Positions 28,682 to 42,129 of a DNA stretch of 64,000 nucleotides are shown in pieces. A program made the translations under genes and the position numbers. Numbering within the stretch: position 1 is the first letter of the stretch; each line of letters starts with the position of its first letter. The notes beneath the pieces were generated by a model. The model saw nothing but the letters and a program-made list of their open reading frames with translations, made no database searches and was not told where the DNA came from. This stretch comes from Octopus bimaculoides. Taxonomy: Eukaryota. The stretch lies in assembly GCF_001194135.2 (NCBI RefSeq), contig NC_068982.1, forward strand, positions 167,345,063 through 167,409,062. The letters run 5' to 3'.

Positions 28682-29311
28682 NCATATATATTATGCATGT
28701 GTGTTTTTGTGTCTATGTTTGTCCCCCACCACTACTTGATTGCTGGTGTTGGTGTGCATATGTCTTCGCAACTTAGCTTGATTAAATTAAGCACCAGTTA
28801 TGCACTGAGGTCGATGTAATCGACTTAATTCCTTTGTCTTTCCTTGTTTGTCCCCTCTATGTTTAGCCCCTTGTGGGCAATAAAGAAATAAGAAGCTTGT
28901 TTCCCAACCACATGGTTCTGGGTTCAGTCCCATTGCATGACACCTTGGGCAATAGTCTTCTATTGTAGCCTTGGGCTGACCAAATCCTTGTGAGTGGATT
29001 TTGTAGATAGAAACTGGAAGAAGCTTGTCATCTATATATATATATACACATACACACACACATATGCATATATATTATGCATGTATGTTTTTGTGTCTAT
29101 GTTTGTCCCCCACCACTACTTGATTGCTGGTGTTGGTGTGCATATGTCTTTGCAACTTAGCAGTTTGGCAAGAGATATCAATAGAATAAGTATAAATAAA
29201 AGAGTCCTGGGGTTGATTCATTCGACTAAAAATTCTTCAAAGTGGTGCCCCAGCATGGCAATAGCCTAATCTAAAGATTGAAACAAGTAAAAGAATAAAA
29301 GAAAAAAATAT

Positions 29312-29855
29312 ACTCTTTTACTCTTTTACTTGTTTCAGTCATTTGACTGTGGCCATGCTGGAGCACCACCTTTTTAGTCGAGCTAATTGACCCCAGGACT
29401 TATTCTTTGTAAGCCTAGTACTTATTCTATCGGTCTCTTTTGCCGAACCACTAAGTTACGGGGATGTAAACACACCAGCATTGGTTGTCAAGCGATGTTG
29501 GGGGGACAGACGCATACACACACATACATACANNNNNNNNNNNNNNNNNNNNNNNNNNNNNNNNNNNNNNNNNNNNNNNNNNNNNNNNNNNNNNNNNNNN
29601 NNNNNNNNNNNNNNNNNNNNNNNNNNNNNNNNNNNNNNNNNNNNNNNNNNNNNNNNNNNNNNNNNNNNNNNNNNNNNNNNNNNNNTATATATATATATAT
29701 GACGGGCTTCTTTCAGTTTCCGTCTACCAAATCCACTCACAAGGCTTTGGTCGGCCCGAGGCTATAGTAGAAGACACTTTCCCAAGGTGCCACGCAGTGG
29801 GACTGAACCCGGAACCATGTGGATTGTAAGCATGCTGCTTATCACACAGCCACAA
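29312..29855 (-). mobile_element. tRNA-head SINE, reverse orientation
   Basis: Reverse complement of the 38980 family, N gap in the central microsatellite; another - copy at ~57845-58210. Confidence 0.9.
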
Positions 29856-29999
29856 ATGAAATGATGCTTTACTTTAGAGTGCATAAAAAAATGGAGGAAA
29901 CAAAATAGTTTTCGATGAATTTATTTCTTTGAGTGATACATATTCAATCAAAATCATTTGAACTACATATTTATCTTATATTTTCTTTATCTCTGTGTC

Positions 30000-31270
30000 C
30001 ATATGCCTGTATCTGTGAAGTTATTGGTCCAAGTTTCACCGATCTTGAATGCTTCATTCAATGTTATTAATTGCTTGAATTTTTTATATTTGAGAAACAT
30101 CCATCTAATTCTTTTATGGTCATTTTCTTTATTTGTTGTTCATTTTTGTAAGCTTGATTTTCCACTTCTTTGTTTGCATGCTATTGATCCAAATTAAGAA
30201 GGTCACGACCAGCTTAATTCTTTAAGCATGATTGAACTAAATCACAAACATCTCTATTGTCTATTCCATCAAAATTGCTTTCTTCCAAAGTTAGCTAGTT
30301 GTTCAATAAATATTTCTTGTTGAGGAAGTTTAGCAAAATTGTTAGTGCAGTATCCCTTGGGCTATAGCCAGTAGAAAGGCAAAAATAAGACCTTCATATC
30401 TTTGTCTAAGTCACTAAGTGCAGGTAGATGACTAGAGTATTGTCTAAAATTTAAAAAAAAAACTTTCAAAGTAAGATCATTTATTTTGCAGTACTTTTCT
30501 TCTGCGGGGCAAAAATGTTGAAAACCCATCTTCAAAAATTGCTTTGTTAGAATGCCAAAATATTTCTGAAGATTATTGGTTGTAGCTGTTAACAAACCTG
30601 GGATTCTCTGTGTGTTACTGAAAAATGGGTTTTAATTTAAAGTGACTGTCAGAATTTCCTCTTAAAAGTTCTTATTGATCTTTTGACTCTTCAAAACTGG
30701 GTTGCAATTTTACTTTCTTCAACAAAAAGTTTATTGTGAAAGAATTTTTCAAGAGTAAGCCCGTTTCATCATATTTATTTCTTGTTGATTATGTTTTCAA
30801 AACAGCAGGACAATTTTTGGTTGCACTTTTTATCTGCATTTGCAGCCTTACTTGTTATATGGACATTGTAAATTACTATTTGACCAAAACTAGCAGTAAA
30901 AGTTTCTTCAGTTCAGATCTAATTTTTTTTTAAATTCCAGAGATGCTTAAAGCTATCATATTAACAATCATCATGCTTAAGGAACTCATTTTTGGCTACA
31001 GTCTTCCATCCTCATAGACAAAATATGCTCCATTTCAATCATGACCCTACATCTATTCCTTTTTTTCCCTTTTCTGTTTGAATATCTGAAGTTGATGCAA
31101 TACCGTTATTTGTCATCGTCATCTATTCTTATTGTTGGCATTGTTGCTTCATCCATTCCAAAGTCTTACTCTGTCTTTGTTTTACTGTCATCACATTCAT
31201 GTTCTAGTCTATCATCTACAGTTAAAACTGTCCTCCTCTTAACTCTTCCCCTAAGTATTCTGACATACTA
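30000..31270 (-). mobile_element. Decayed Tigger (pogo superfamily) transposase fossil
   Basis: KRRTVLTVDDRL, IEMEHILSMRMEDCSQK*VPLSMMIV, DETGL, FKLKPIFQ*HTENPR, AEEKYCKINDL..ILDN..HLPALSDLDKDMKVLFLP, DVCDLVQS follow the CENP-B HTH to DDE_1 order. Confidence 0.85.
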
Positions 31271-31699
31271 GATCTCTCACATTATATAGAAAGAGTTGCA
31301 TAATGACAAACAAGACAGGAAGTTACAAATAAAATGTCAGCAAAGCATCACACTATGGAATGAAATCAAAAATATGATTTATCCAAAACATTATTCTATT
31401 ACTGTACAACTATGTTTGCAATGATTTAGCAAATTTTAATATGTTGTGTTACATCCTTATTTTCATATTAGAGAAATGTTCATATGGCTGGCCTTGAACC
31501 CACAGTCTCACTGAATAAACTGCTACACTGAGCTGTAGATTCTCTAAAAAACATATCACTAATATCGTAATAATATGTATCTGTATCGCTCTATCTCATG
31601 CACAATTCCTCTTCCCTCATATTTTTCTCTATTTGATACTTTCCTTAACTTTATGTAAAATGTAGGTAAGTAAGACTGCACTATTGAATTAATATAGTC

Positions 31700-31863
31700 C
31701 AGTGTTCCGCAACATTTTTTTCACCTGTGGTAACATTTATATTCTTTTCAAACTTCGGCAGCACATGTGAACTAAAAATATAACTAAAAGTATATAACTA
31801 AACACACTTAGCATCGTCTCATGGCACACCAGTGTGCGGTGGCATGCCAGTTGCAGAGCACTG
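31700..31863. mobile_element. hAT (Charlie-like) MITE
   Basis: TIRs cagtgttccgcaac / gttgcagagcactg; perfect 8-bp TSD ATATAGTC (31692-99, 31864-71). Confidence 0.9.
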
Positions 31864-31919
31864 ATATAGTCCATCTGTCTTTCTTGGTTAAAAATAGAAA
31901 TCTGCATAACTGAATACCT

Positions 31920-33240
31920 TTGCCACTTTATCCATTATTGGTAAATTACATTGTTTTCTATCAACAAAACAACCTTGTGTTTATACTTACAGTTTGGGTT
32001 TGTCTATTTTCCTCTGTGCATGCTCCACCTCTTCTATTTCTCATATCATTTTGTCTGCCATTGCATAAACATTTCTTTTTCTCATAATTGTGTCTATAGT
32101 GGCCCTAATTTCAGGGTTACATCTAATTTTAGACTTAGTGATGAAATCCTATTTCATTAGCCTTTGTTGAATCAACAATATACAGTTGAGAAAATTGTCT
32201 TTCACTTCCTCTTGAGTGTATATTAGAAGTGCAATAATAGAGGCCTATGCAATCTAAAATGATGATAAATTGGCCCTTGCACTCTAAAATGTAAAATATC
32301 TTCAAACCTGTAATTCAGTTATTTTAGCCACCATACAAACAAATTAAAGTGTCGAGTAGTATGGTCTAGTTGTTTTAAAATTAGAATGCGAAGATGATCT
32401 GGTTATCTCATAACATGATTTAGATATTCTAAGAAACATTGCTGCAGAGCAATCTTAACTTTACCTTTATGGCAGCAGTTAAAAAATAAACCATTGCTGG
32501 ATTTCTCAGCAAGAAAGTACTTTGTCCGCAAAATTGATATAATCATAAAATTCTCCACAGGAATGATGTTTGAGAAAATATTAAATTATTTATGTATTAT
32601 TGTATTTGTCATGTCATGCTTGTCTCATGTTCTTAGCATTACAACATCTCCCAATATTTCTACGATCTGTTTCATTTTATATTTCCACAATAATTGTTGT
32701 CCTTTTATTTTCCCAATGTGCATCTTTTTGTTATTGAGTTTCATCTGCTCATCTTGTTGCAACTACTTGCCTTAAGTCATCTATTCTTTCTCTTTGTTCT
32801 TCAGATCTATTTTCTAATCTTGTAGAAGCCCTTTGTCTGAGATCTTCAATTTCTTTATTCTTGACTCTAGCAAATCTTACTACTATTATTTCTATTTTTA
32901 TTCCTCTTTGTTCTTCAGTTTTATTTTACATTCTGGTTGCTGTTCTGTACTTTGTGCTCTCATTCTCTTTCTTTCTTCAATAACAATTGTTTCCAATCAT
33001 CTTATGTGCTTCTCTCCATCTTGCTGTCTTCTCATCTAAGTTTCCTCAAGTGTCTCTTCAGATTGTCCAACACACTGACTTCGAGCATCTTGAATTCTTC
33101 TTTCTGCTATTGTGTCTGCAATCTCACGCTGTCACATCTGATGTACTTTGCTCTTGCTGCTCATCATCTATCCACTTCTTCAGAATCTCTGCTCCTTCAT
33201 TCCATAGCTGATAAATCTGCTTTTAGATATTAGGGGCTTC
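31920..33240 (-). mobile_element. Decayed autonomous Helitron, N-terminal part of RepHel
   Basis: Charged E.EEQRE repeats, QFCG/KYFLAEKSSNGLFFNCCHKGKVK, FRVQGPIYH, FSQLYIVDSTKANE, IMRKRNVYA; stops and frameshifts. Confidence 0.85.
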
Positions 33241-33757
33241 GCTGCATCTTTAGTTATCAACTAACTTACTTTAAACACACACACACACACTCTTACTTGT
33301 GCACATTTTTACATAAATACATCCCTTATACATGCACAAAGAGAAGACCTTTAAAAGTTTATTACAAATCTTTTGATAAAATGAAATTGATATCTGCATT
33401 TGTGTAGTGAATTTACAGTCTTGGAGTAGACAGATTTTCAGTTGCTTGCATTATTATTTTATTCATTGAAATGGATTTCAAAAATTATTCAAAAAGATAG
33501 GCGAGAATGACATAAATGAAAATGTAGTGTCATCACAAACTTTGCTACATATTTTTACTTTTCCTTCATCACCTCTCTCTTTCTTTACATGGAGTTCTTA
33601 TTACCCCCCCCCCCCAACTTTCCATTTCCTATGCTCTCTCACATGTTTACTTTACCTCTCACTTTTACTCAGTCTTGTGTTTCTAATCCGCATCCTCTAT
33701 CTATGTTACTTTCTCGGGAATGTGTGTTTGATATCCTTGTTTGTGTATCATTTATAC

Positions 33758-34009
33758 CAATGCTCCACAGCCTTTTTCCACTTGCAGTACACTTATATTC
33801 TTTTCAAAATTCAGCAGCACACCTGAACTAAAAATATAACTAAAAGTATAAGGCAAAAAATTATATTCAGGTTACACTGCGGCACACCTAGCATCGTCTT
33901 GTGGCACACCTAGCATCGTCTTGTGGCACACCTAGCATCGTCTTGTGGCACACCAAGCGTCATCTCATGGCACAGCAGTGCGCCACAGCTTACTGATTGT
34001 GGAGCACTG
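33758..34009. mobile_element. Second copy of the hAT MITE with internal 22-bp tandem amplification
   Basis: TIRs caatgctccaca / tgtggagcactg; TSD ATTTATAC / ATTTATAT; internal sequence shared with 31700-31863. Confidence 0.88.
33881..33960. repeat. 22-bp minisatellite (GGCACACCTAGCATCGTCTTGT) x3 plus a partial unit
   Basis: Perfect units at 33881, 33903 and 33925. Confidence 0.95.
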
Positions 34010-35839
34010 ATTTATATCTTGGGGTCTCATTATTCTGAGTCGTCCTTCATACATGTAAAGTTGAACATGTTTTTGAGTTCATGGTTTATGGTGATTACAT
34101 ATATTGATAATGCTTGATTGCCTTCATGGATGATCTTACGTTGTGTTGATGCCCCAGGCGAAGAAGTAGGATCTCCCAAGACATAAATAGAAGTAGTCTG
34201 GTCGTGGTAGGTGTGGTTGAGTAGCAGTTGTGTAGCGGTTGAGTAGAGATCATCCGAAGGTACTAGATAGCAGTAGCTTGAGACATAACATGTTATTAGG
34301 CTAGGACAAAACTTAATGGTTTCTAGTTTTGGGAGGTACTGTTGGAAACGTGTATATATATGTGGGGTGTGTATGTGTGTGTGCATGTGTGTGTGCGAGC
34401 GCACATGCAAGCATGGTTGTGTTGTGATTCTTTTTCAATTGAAGGGTTTTGATGTTCTGGAGAAGACACTTTAGTTGTATAGAGAGTATGACAGCTCTTC
34501 TAGTGTTGATACCTTGATAGAATGTACCCAGTATATTTTCTAAAGTGGCTGATGTCAGGAAGGGCACCTAGCTATAGAAACCATGCCTAAAGTGGAATGT
34601 ATGTGCGAGACATGGTCTACCAGTCCATCAAAGTGAGCTGTAACTAGAAATAAGAATTGAATCAAACCATGATGATGTGTCTAACCCATGCTTACGTAGA
34701 AAATGATGATGACCATTGTTATCAAGATTTTCAGCACCATCATAATCATGATGATTTCCGACATTTTGAATCTCATTATTATCTTTAAATATCACCATCA
34801 TTTTTACCTTTGTTAGTATCATAACATCGAGCCATTGTAATTTCATGCTATCATCAACCGAATGCCACCATTAACTTCCCATTCTTTGAAGAATACTCTT
34901 TTTAGTGCAAAGATACAGTGCAATTCAGTGGGTGTTGTTAGATTTTGACATGCAGCTCATTATCATAATTCTTTATTGTTCTAAAAGTAACCCCCCTCCC
35001 CCGCAAAAAAAAAAAAGAAAAACATGTTGCAGTTAGATTATTTGCTTTTAAACTTTCATCAACATGATAATTGTTAACACAATTATGATTATCACTTATG
35101 CTTTCACCATCATCTTCAGCATCTTTATCAATACCTTTCTCAAAAACTAGTTGAGAATGATGATGTACAGTCTTCAGTGATTTGGAACATGAATAAACAA
35201 AAGTTACAGAATGATAGAAAACATTTTGGCAATCTCTTTCCTCAAGTAAGAGTGAGAAGAAAGAAATTGCTAAATTCTTAATTTAATTCCTGTTGTTGTC
35301 TGGCCCCAGGATGGTTTCGAGCCTACAATCATATGCATTCCAACCTTGACCGCCTAGATTTTTTTTCAGGCATAGCAGCAGTATCTACTTCTATATTATT
35401 AATGTGTCTTTCCTTTTCTAAGATGCTAAGATGCAATTTGGTTGCTTTTCATAACAGGCTGTGTAATTATGTAGAGGCTCCCTAAGTGGCTTATGTTAAA
35501 CTCCTGTTGATAATAATGGTGATGATAGTAATAATAATGGAGTAGATGGTAATAATTATAATGATGAAGATCCTGCTAAGCTTTAAAGTGAACTAGCAAC
35601 TGAGTGGGCTTTAGTTCCTAAGAATCTTTAACAATCATTAGGAATTAGGAACTTTTCACTTTTGACTGTTGTAGTAGTACACTTAGTCTTAGTAGTTTCA
35701 GTTTTCATTATTGTTGTTGTGGAGGAGTTAAATTACTGTCAGTGTTTGGTTAGGCTATGTGATTGCAAAATAGATTGAATTGCTTTTCAGAGAAGTTCTC
35801 TATATGATAGCAAGCAGTGTTATATTTCAGTAAAACTGA

Positions 35840-35895
<56 letters not shown>

Positions 35896-38800
35896 CTTGT
35901 AATTGTGGTATAGTGTTAACCATAGTCTGTGATGCAGCCTAGAGCCATTTTAAGCAATATATTTTTGAAACCTCAACAGCAAGTAAACATTAAGATGCTT
36001 GAATATTAGTTTACTTATGTCAATAGATACAACCAGTCTGCAAAAATGAAACCCGATGACCTGGAATTGTTTGTTTTTTGGTTATTCTTATTGTATCTGC
36101 TGTTGTTATTGCTTTTATTATGATTTTCAATTCTTTATGTAATAACATCTCTAATTGTTGAAATTACAAGAGTATACTGTCCACTAAATTCACTTTAATA
36201 ATCATATTTGTTCAAGACCTTGCTCCCATATTACCACTACTGTTATTATTACTCTAACTACTACTACTACTGGTCTTTTCATATTGTTATTGTTGATATT
36301 GTTGTTCCATTCAACCAAGCTCCAAGTTTTATTGTATTTTATCAATTATCAGCAAGTATATAATGGTATTTTAATCTATTGCAATTATATTGATTTTCCC
36401 CCCATTCTCCTATGTATATCTCTTTCTCTTCTCATGTTAGCTATTGTGTATATTTTTCTGTTTCCAACTCATTAGAAAGACAAAGCATCATTCTATTACT
36501 CATGATAATACTCTGAGGCTATATTTTAATTTTATTTTGGTTTCTGCTGCCAACAGCTTCCTGCTGACCTTTGCATAGCTTTTCACTGACCCCAAAAATA
36601 TTTCCATTGATTTCATTGCAATTTTTCAGTTAGATTGGTTTTGCAAGTGTGGGTTGGGTCAGGTTAGTGGAGAGTGAGTAGATGGTGTGTAATATGAAGA
36701 ATATAGAAAGAAAGGTTAATTGATAACTTCTCTCTACATAGAAATATTTTACCAGAGTTAATAAAAATCGATATTCTAGGAAGTTAGTTGATCAGAGAAC
36801 AGCTGTGTTTATGAAAACATAAGTGCTGTTTGAAATTGTATTCATATATCTATAAATTTCTTTTCCTCAACATCTAAAGCATTTTCATAAAGCTCAACCT
36901 CAAAGAAAATGTCTTTCTAACTTAATTCCTGATCTTAATATATACTAAACATCCTTATATAATGACCTGTAAATATTCTGTTTCTTAATTGTTCTAATTA
37001 AATTTTGTTTCAAGTTTGAAATGATTAACTAACAATAAAGCAATTTATTTTCATAATGAATTAACACTTGCTCATACTGAAACAAAATATTAGAAAAATA
37101 AAAGGCCACAATTATATTTTACCCTTTTCTCTCTGAACAAACATTTGTAATAAAAATTGATATTCAGTTCACAGTGTATTGCATAAGAAATACATAGATA
37201 CACGATAAATAACTGTGAATTTTGAAAATGTGAAAGAACTGCAGTATTTATAAAGCATTGTAAAGTCAAAGTAATTCTCAGTGAACTGAGTTTACAAACC
37301 AGTTTCAATTCCTGGCTGGAGTTGTGTAACTTCATTTGTATTATCAATACTGTTAGAAAATCTTTATCAACACCTGTGTTGCTATGCCTTAAATTCATAA
37401 GTTTCATTCCTATGAAATTGGCTGTAGCCATTAGTTTGGTGAGGTTCTGTCTGTTGCACTAAAAGAAAATGATGTTTTCAGTGTTGTGCCAATATTTCAA
37501 TGAATTACAGGACATTTTTCCACAGTGGTTACAGGGAAATGAACCACATACTAGATGTATTGTGGAAATTTGGTCAGCAGACTGAATCTAAATGAATTGT
37601 GTATGTTTATAATTAAGATGAGGAGAACTTTGATTTGGCACAGTTTCTAGGTCACAGGAAGTAGTGAGTTCAAATATGGATAGGAAATGAGATCATATAA
37701 ATTGGGAATTGACCACAAGAAAAGGCAATTGCATTATGGTTCTTTTTTTAAAATTTGTATTTTGATGCTCAACACACATTCATGTTTCTTTATAGTGACT
37801 ACATATAGCCATCACAAACAAGCATGTAAATTTGCATTTAGATACATGATTTTGATTGGTTGGACTATAAACCTCATCTCTACAGACGAAAAACAGTTTA
37901 GTATCTGAACAAAATTGTAATCAGTTTGATCTCTAATCATCATTAGACATCTTATTTCTGGATTGTACATAGTACTAGGCTAAATTTCAATGCATAACAT
38001 TTATTTCTAAACTAAGAGTAATAACATTCCCATTCATTAGGCCACTGACACATTGGCAATTAATGAATCATTTCTAGGTTATTTAGATTCATTTTTCACT
38101 TATTGAGTTTAAGTCTACCTTGGTTTCTGATTACAGTAACAGTAGCTTTACACCTACTATTTCTTTGATCTTTTTTTTTAAAGTTTTCACCATAGTTAAT
38201 TATTAATTATGGAAATTTCATTCAGTTGTAGTGTGTTTCCATTTTTTTTTTTTTTGCACCATATGTGTTCAATTATTCTTCACTGAAATATTTCTCCTCT
38301 TGTTAAGGCTTTTCTTATGTTCCCCTAATCTTTAGAGACTTCTCATGAAAACATTTTTCATATCTAATGTGATTGTAATAGTCTGAAAAATATTTGTAAT
38401 ACCAGTAACTTATCTAAGACATTTAGGCATTGCAAACGTGCTGTAGGGTTGGGTTAAGTAGGAGAAGGGATTTCTTGTGCCTTTTATCACTTAACATCAA
38501 ATAATTTACTAACAAAATGAGAACTTTTTTTTTAAACCCATAAATTAAAGCCATATTTCTTCATTATTGAATACTTCAGTATTTTTTTTTAAAGACAAAA
38601 AAGAAAGCTTTCTGCAGCTAAGATAATGGAAATACAAATTTCCAGAATTTAAATTTTGTTTTATAAAACTGTTTTAGAGGTATTTATTTTTTAAATTGCT
38701 ATGCATCCTTTTAAGGGGTTTTGAAATAGAGATACTCATCTGAATTTATCCAACAAATATAAGAAACTGGATATTTTTTCTTTTAAATTTCAATTATTTG

Positions 38801-38979
38801 AAAGGATTGGTAATTAAATTCAACTGGATTGATTCAAAAGCACAATTCATATGCCAATGTCAGGATTTCAACACCTGAGATTTCAGTCATTATTTCAGTA
38901 CTATATTATTGTTCATAAAACATTTTTACTCTTTTATTTTTGTTTTTAATCTGTTGCCGTTGAGATTTCTTAATGTCTT

Positions 38980-39378
38980 GGACGGCTGTGTGGTAAGTAG
39001 CTTGCTTACCAACCACATGGTCCCGGGTTCAGTCCCACTGCGTGGCATCTTGGGCAAGTGTCTTCTACTATAGCCTCGGGCCGACCAATGCCTTGTGAGT
39101 GGATTTGGTAGACAGAAACTGAAAGAAGCCTGTTGTATATATGTATATATATATATGTATGTGAGTATGTGTTTGTATGTCTGTGTTTGTCCCCCCAACA
39201 TCGCTTGACAACCGATGCTGGTGTGTTTATGTCCCTGTAACTTAGCGGTTCAGCAAAAGAGACCGAAAGAATAAGTACTAGGCTTCCAAAGAATAAGTCC
39301 TGGGGTCGATTTGCTCGACTAAAGGCGGTGCTCCAGCATGGCCACAGTCAAAAGACTGAAACAAGTAAAAGAGTAAAC
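38980..39378 (+). mobile_element. tRNA-head SINE (octopus-type, central (TA)n)
   Basis: ggctgtgtggtaagtagcttgc..gggttcagtcccactg head (A/B-box like), gccttgtgagtggatttggtagac core, tail gaaacaagtaaaagag. Confidence 0.9.
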
Positions 39379-39482
39379 AGGCGTGTTTGATTTAGTATCC
39401 TTCTGAAGCATTATTGGAACTAATTATTCAATGGATTGCTCTTTAGCATGATGTAATCATTATTATTTTATTTCTGTTGTAG

Positions 39483-39616
39483 GAAACCAAGAGCCATTAC
39501 AGAACCATCACTAAGACCAGGAAATTTATCAAGGATGGTGTTATGGTGACAAGCACCACTTCGAAGGTTATAGCAATGGGAGAAGAAAACAAAGTTAAAG
39601 ATGACCATTTTCTCAG
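39483..39616 (+). CDS. SLK: SLK exon, conserved block before the coiled coils
   Basis: tgttgtag|ETKSHYRTITKTRKFIKDGVMVTSTTSKVIAMGEENKVKDDHFL AG|gtaagt; matches SLK/LOK KTRKF.VDGV.V..TTSK; ends phase 2. Confidence 0.95.
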
Positions 39617-41921
39617 GTAAGTTATTCTGAGTTTTTCTTTTTTTTATAATCTAGCTTATTGTGACTGTTGTAGTTTTGTTGGTGGTAGTGATTGCTATGA
39701 TTGTTTTGATGATGGTATATGTTATTTTTTTCTAATGGCTTAGTTGATGGAGAAAATCCAGTGTCATGCACTTTTGTAGGATCTCCAAGTCTAATGGAGG
39801 GGAAGGAAAGACAAAAATGCTACACATTGTTTGCTGCTAATCATTACTTTAATACCTTTTTGTAACAGTTGAAAACTGGTGCCTGCAATTGGGGGTCACC
39901 TGCAGATATGGCAGCTTCTCAAAGAACTATGTAAAGATGCTGGTCCCTAGGCTTAGGCTTCTGCGGGTGGTGGGGTGACTTTTGTATTTACTCTATAACA
40001 AGCACTTTCACTACCATAATGAAGGTGCTGTAGGAAGCAGCTTATCAAGATATCTAGTTATCTTCAGACTAGAGTTCAGGTCTGAATACTTGCAACAGAG
40101 TGGACTCTACTAAATGCACCCAAGGGCTAAGTGATAGGGTTAAACCAAGTCATGGATTACCCATAGCTTCTAGCAGACAAAAAAAATGAAACACATACAC
40201 AAGATGGACGAATATAGTCAATAACAATCAAAAAACAAGTTATTAATTTTATTGAGAAATCAATAAGAAACAAACCAATTAATCTAGCAATTCTGCTTTG
40301 CATGTGTGGTTTTGTGGTTGTTATGAGCCATGGTTGCTAAGAGCCTTCTAAGATTACTGAGCCATTTTGATAGTCTCCCTCAAGACACAATAGTATATGC
40401 CCCCTACTTTTTTGTTTTTACATTTCAGCTCAAAATATATTTTAATATTTTCAGTATTTTCCTTGTTTCTTTTGCTGCATACAATGGTACTGATAACAGG
40501 CAAGAAAATTCTCTGACACTTGTTCTTACTGTTATTGTTAGCATTGTTATTGTTTAGCCACAGGTCAGCTCTGATCCAGAAAATCTATGACGAGGAATGT
40601 TCCAGCTATGACACTCCTCATCCATCTATTCAGATGGTGTATCTTGGGTCACATCATCAAATGTGTCCTTCCTCTTTCAAGACAGCTGGGTATGTGATAT
40701 GAAGGAGATTTGATGGTAGTTTTTAGCAGTGTAAAGGCTTGTTTTTATTTTTTAGTGTTATTACTGCTGCTTGATAATCTAGGGTGTGGTTAGTGTCAGA
40801 TAAAAACCAGAGAAAAAGTTTTATGGGTTGGTGAAGGGATTGTGAAGAGCAGGGGTGAAGTGATGGGGTGGTAGGGTTTACTGACATCAAACAATGTAAG
40901 GGGAGATGAAAGTTTTTTTTTATTGATTTTTCAACTAAATAAATATCTTTTTTGTTTGTTATTGACTATATATTCAGTATGTGTAGTTTTATGTTTGTAT
41001 TTTAATGTGTGTATATACTTGTGTGATTTAGCATTTTATAGTGATATCAGATTGTGAGTTTGTATGTGTGTACATACACATATGGTTGTATGTCTGGAGT
41101 GACCTGTGCAAATATGTGCTGTGTGCCTGTCTGTCTGTCCTGCATTTCCATTTTTATCACTTTTCCTCATTAACATAGAAATAGATTGTTTTCTGAAGCC
41201 TGATATTATTTCACAGATGTGTTTAGCCAATAATGTGTTAGTTGATTTCTGATGTTATTTTGTTATTTTCAGCATTAGCTGAATGAATTCCTCTCTTTTA
41301 AAATCTCTGCATCAACCACCTGGTATACAATATTATCAAAAATAATAGGTTTTACTGGTCAGTACAGAAATTTCGATTTGAAATTCCTAATAATAGGAGT
41401 TAATAGGAGCTTCAAGCAAATTGTATGTCTATCCTGGAAGGATGACAAATAAATCAACATTAGTCGAACTTGATCATAGAACTCTGGTACACTCATCTAG
41501 ACACAAGTATAACATTTAGTTAAGCATTCAACTGCCTTAAACTTTGATAATAATAATTTCTGGTCATTAGAACTCATCATTGGTTCAATGCCAATATTGA
41601 AGGGGAGCTGTATCATCAGTTGATGAAATCTGGTGTAATTTTGGTTTGACCAGGAATAAATGGAAAGCGAAGTAGATATTGACATACTTTGAACTCATTG
41701 TAGCAAGTCATAAAAATAACTATTATCTCACCTATTTATGCTACCCTAATAATAAAGGTTATGATTATGATGATGATGATGGTAATTGATAATATTTCAA
41801 AAAAATTTATTGGCTGGTCTGGAGGAAGGGGTTAAGCAGGAAAAACGTTTGCAGTGGAAGAAATTCCAGAATTATGGTATTCTAGGATTGAAGGGGATGG
41901 TTGTAGAGATTAGTGTGGAAA

Positions 41922-41926
<5 letters not shown>

Positions 41927-42009
<83 letters not shown>
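41927..42009. repeat. (GT)n(GA)n microsatellite, representative of dozens of (TG)n, (TA)n, (CT)n, (CAT)n and (AGT)n arrays
   Basis: Read directly from sequence. Confidence 0.95.
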
Positions 42010-42010
<1 letters not shown>

Positions 42011-42129
42011 ATGAATTTGAGTGAAAATTTGCGGATTTGAAGTGCCTGAGTGGAAGACAACTGTGTGTGTAACAGCAGCACCATCCTAGATGTAAGAGTA
42101 GTACTCCTATTATTGTTCCTACCCAAGTT

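Noticed and set aside
27877-29160. Apparent ~0.9-kb-period tandem duplication around the N gap (27877-28046 ~ 28784-28953; 28682-28777 ~ 29067-29160)
   Set aside because: The copies flank a gap, differ by a few SNP-like changes, and the 635-N gap corresponds to ~114 bp in the intact copy. Most likely uncollapsed haplotypes; long reads would decide.
33881-33960. Regular direct repeats resembling a CRISPR array
   Set aside because: No spacers, eukaryotic context, inside a MITE
34130-34300. Short GC-richer unique block with a repeated gttgagtag motif
   Set aside because: No ORF, splice pair or fold to support a call
38985-39050. tRNA-like heads (also 48850 and 58470)
   Set aside because: SINE heads with A/B boxes; no complete cloverleaf, so not called tRNA genes
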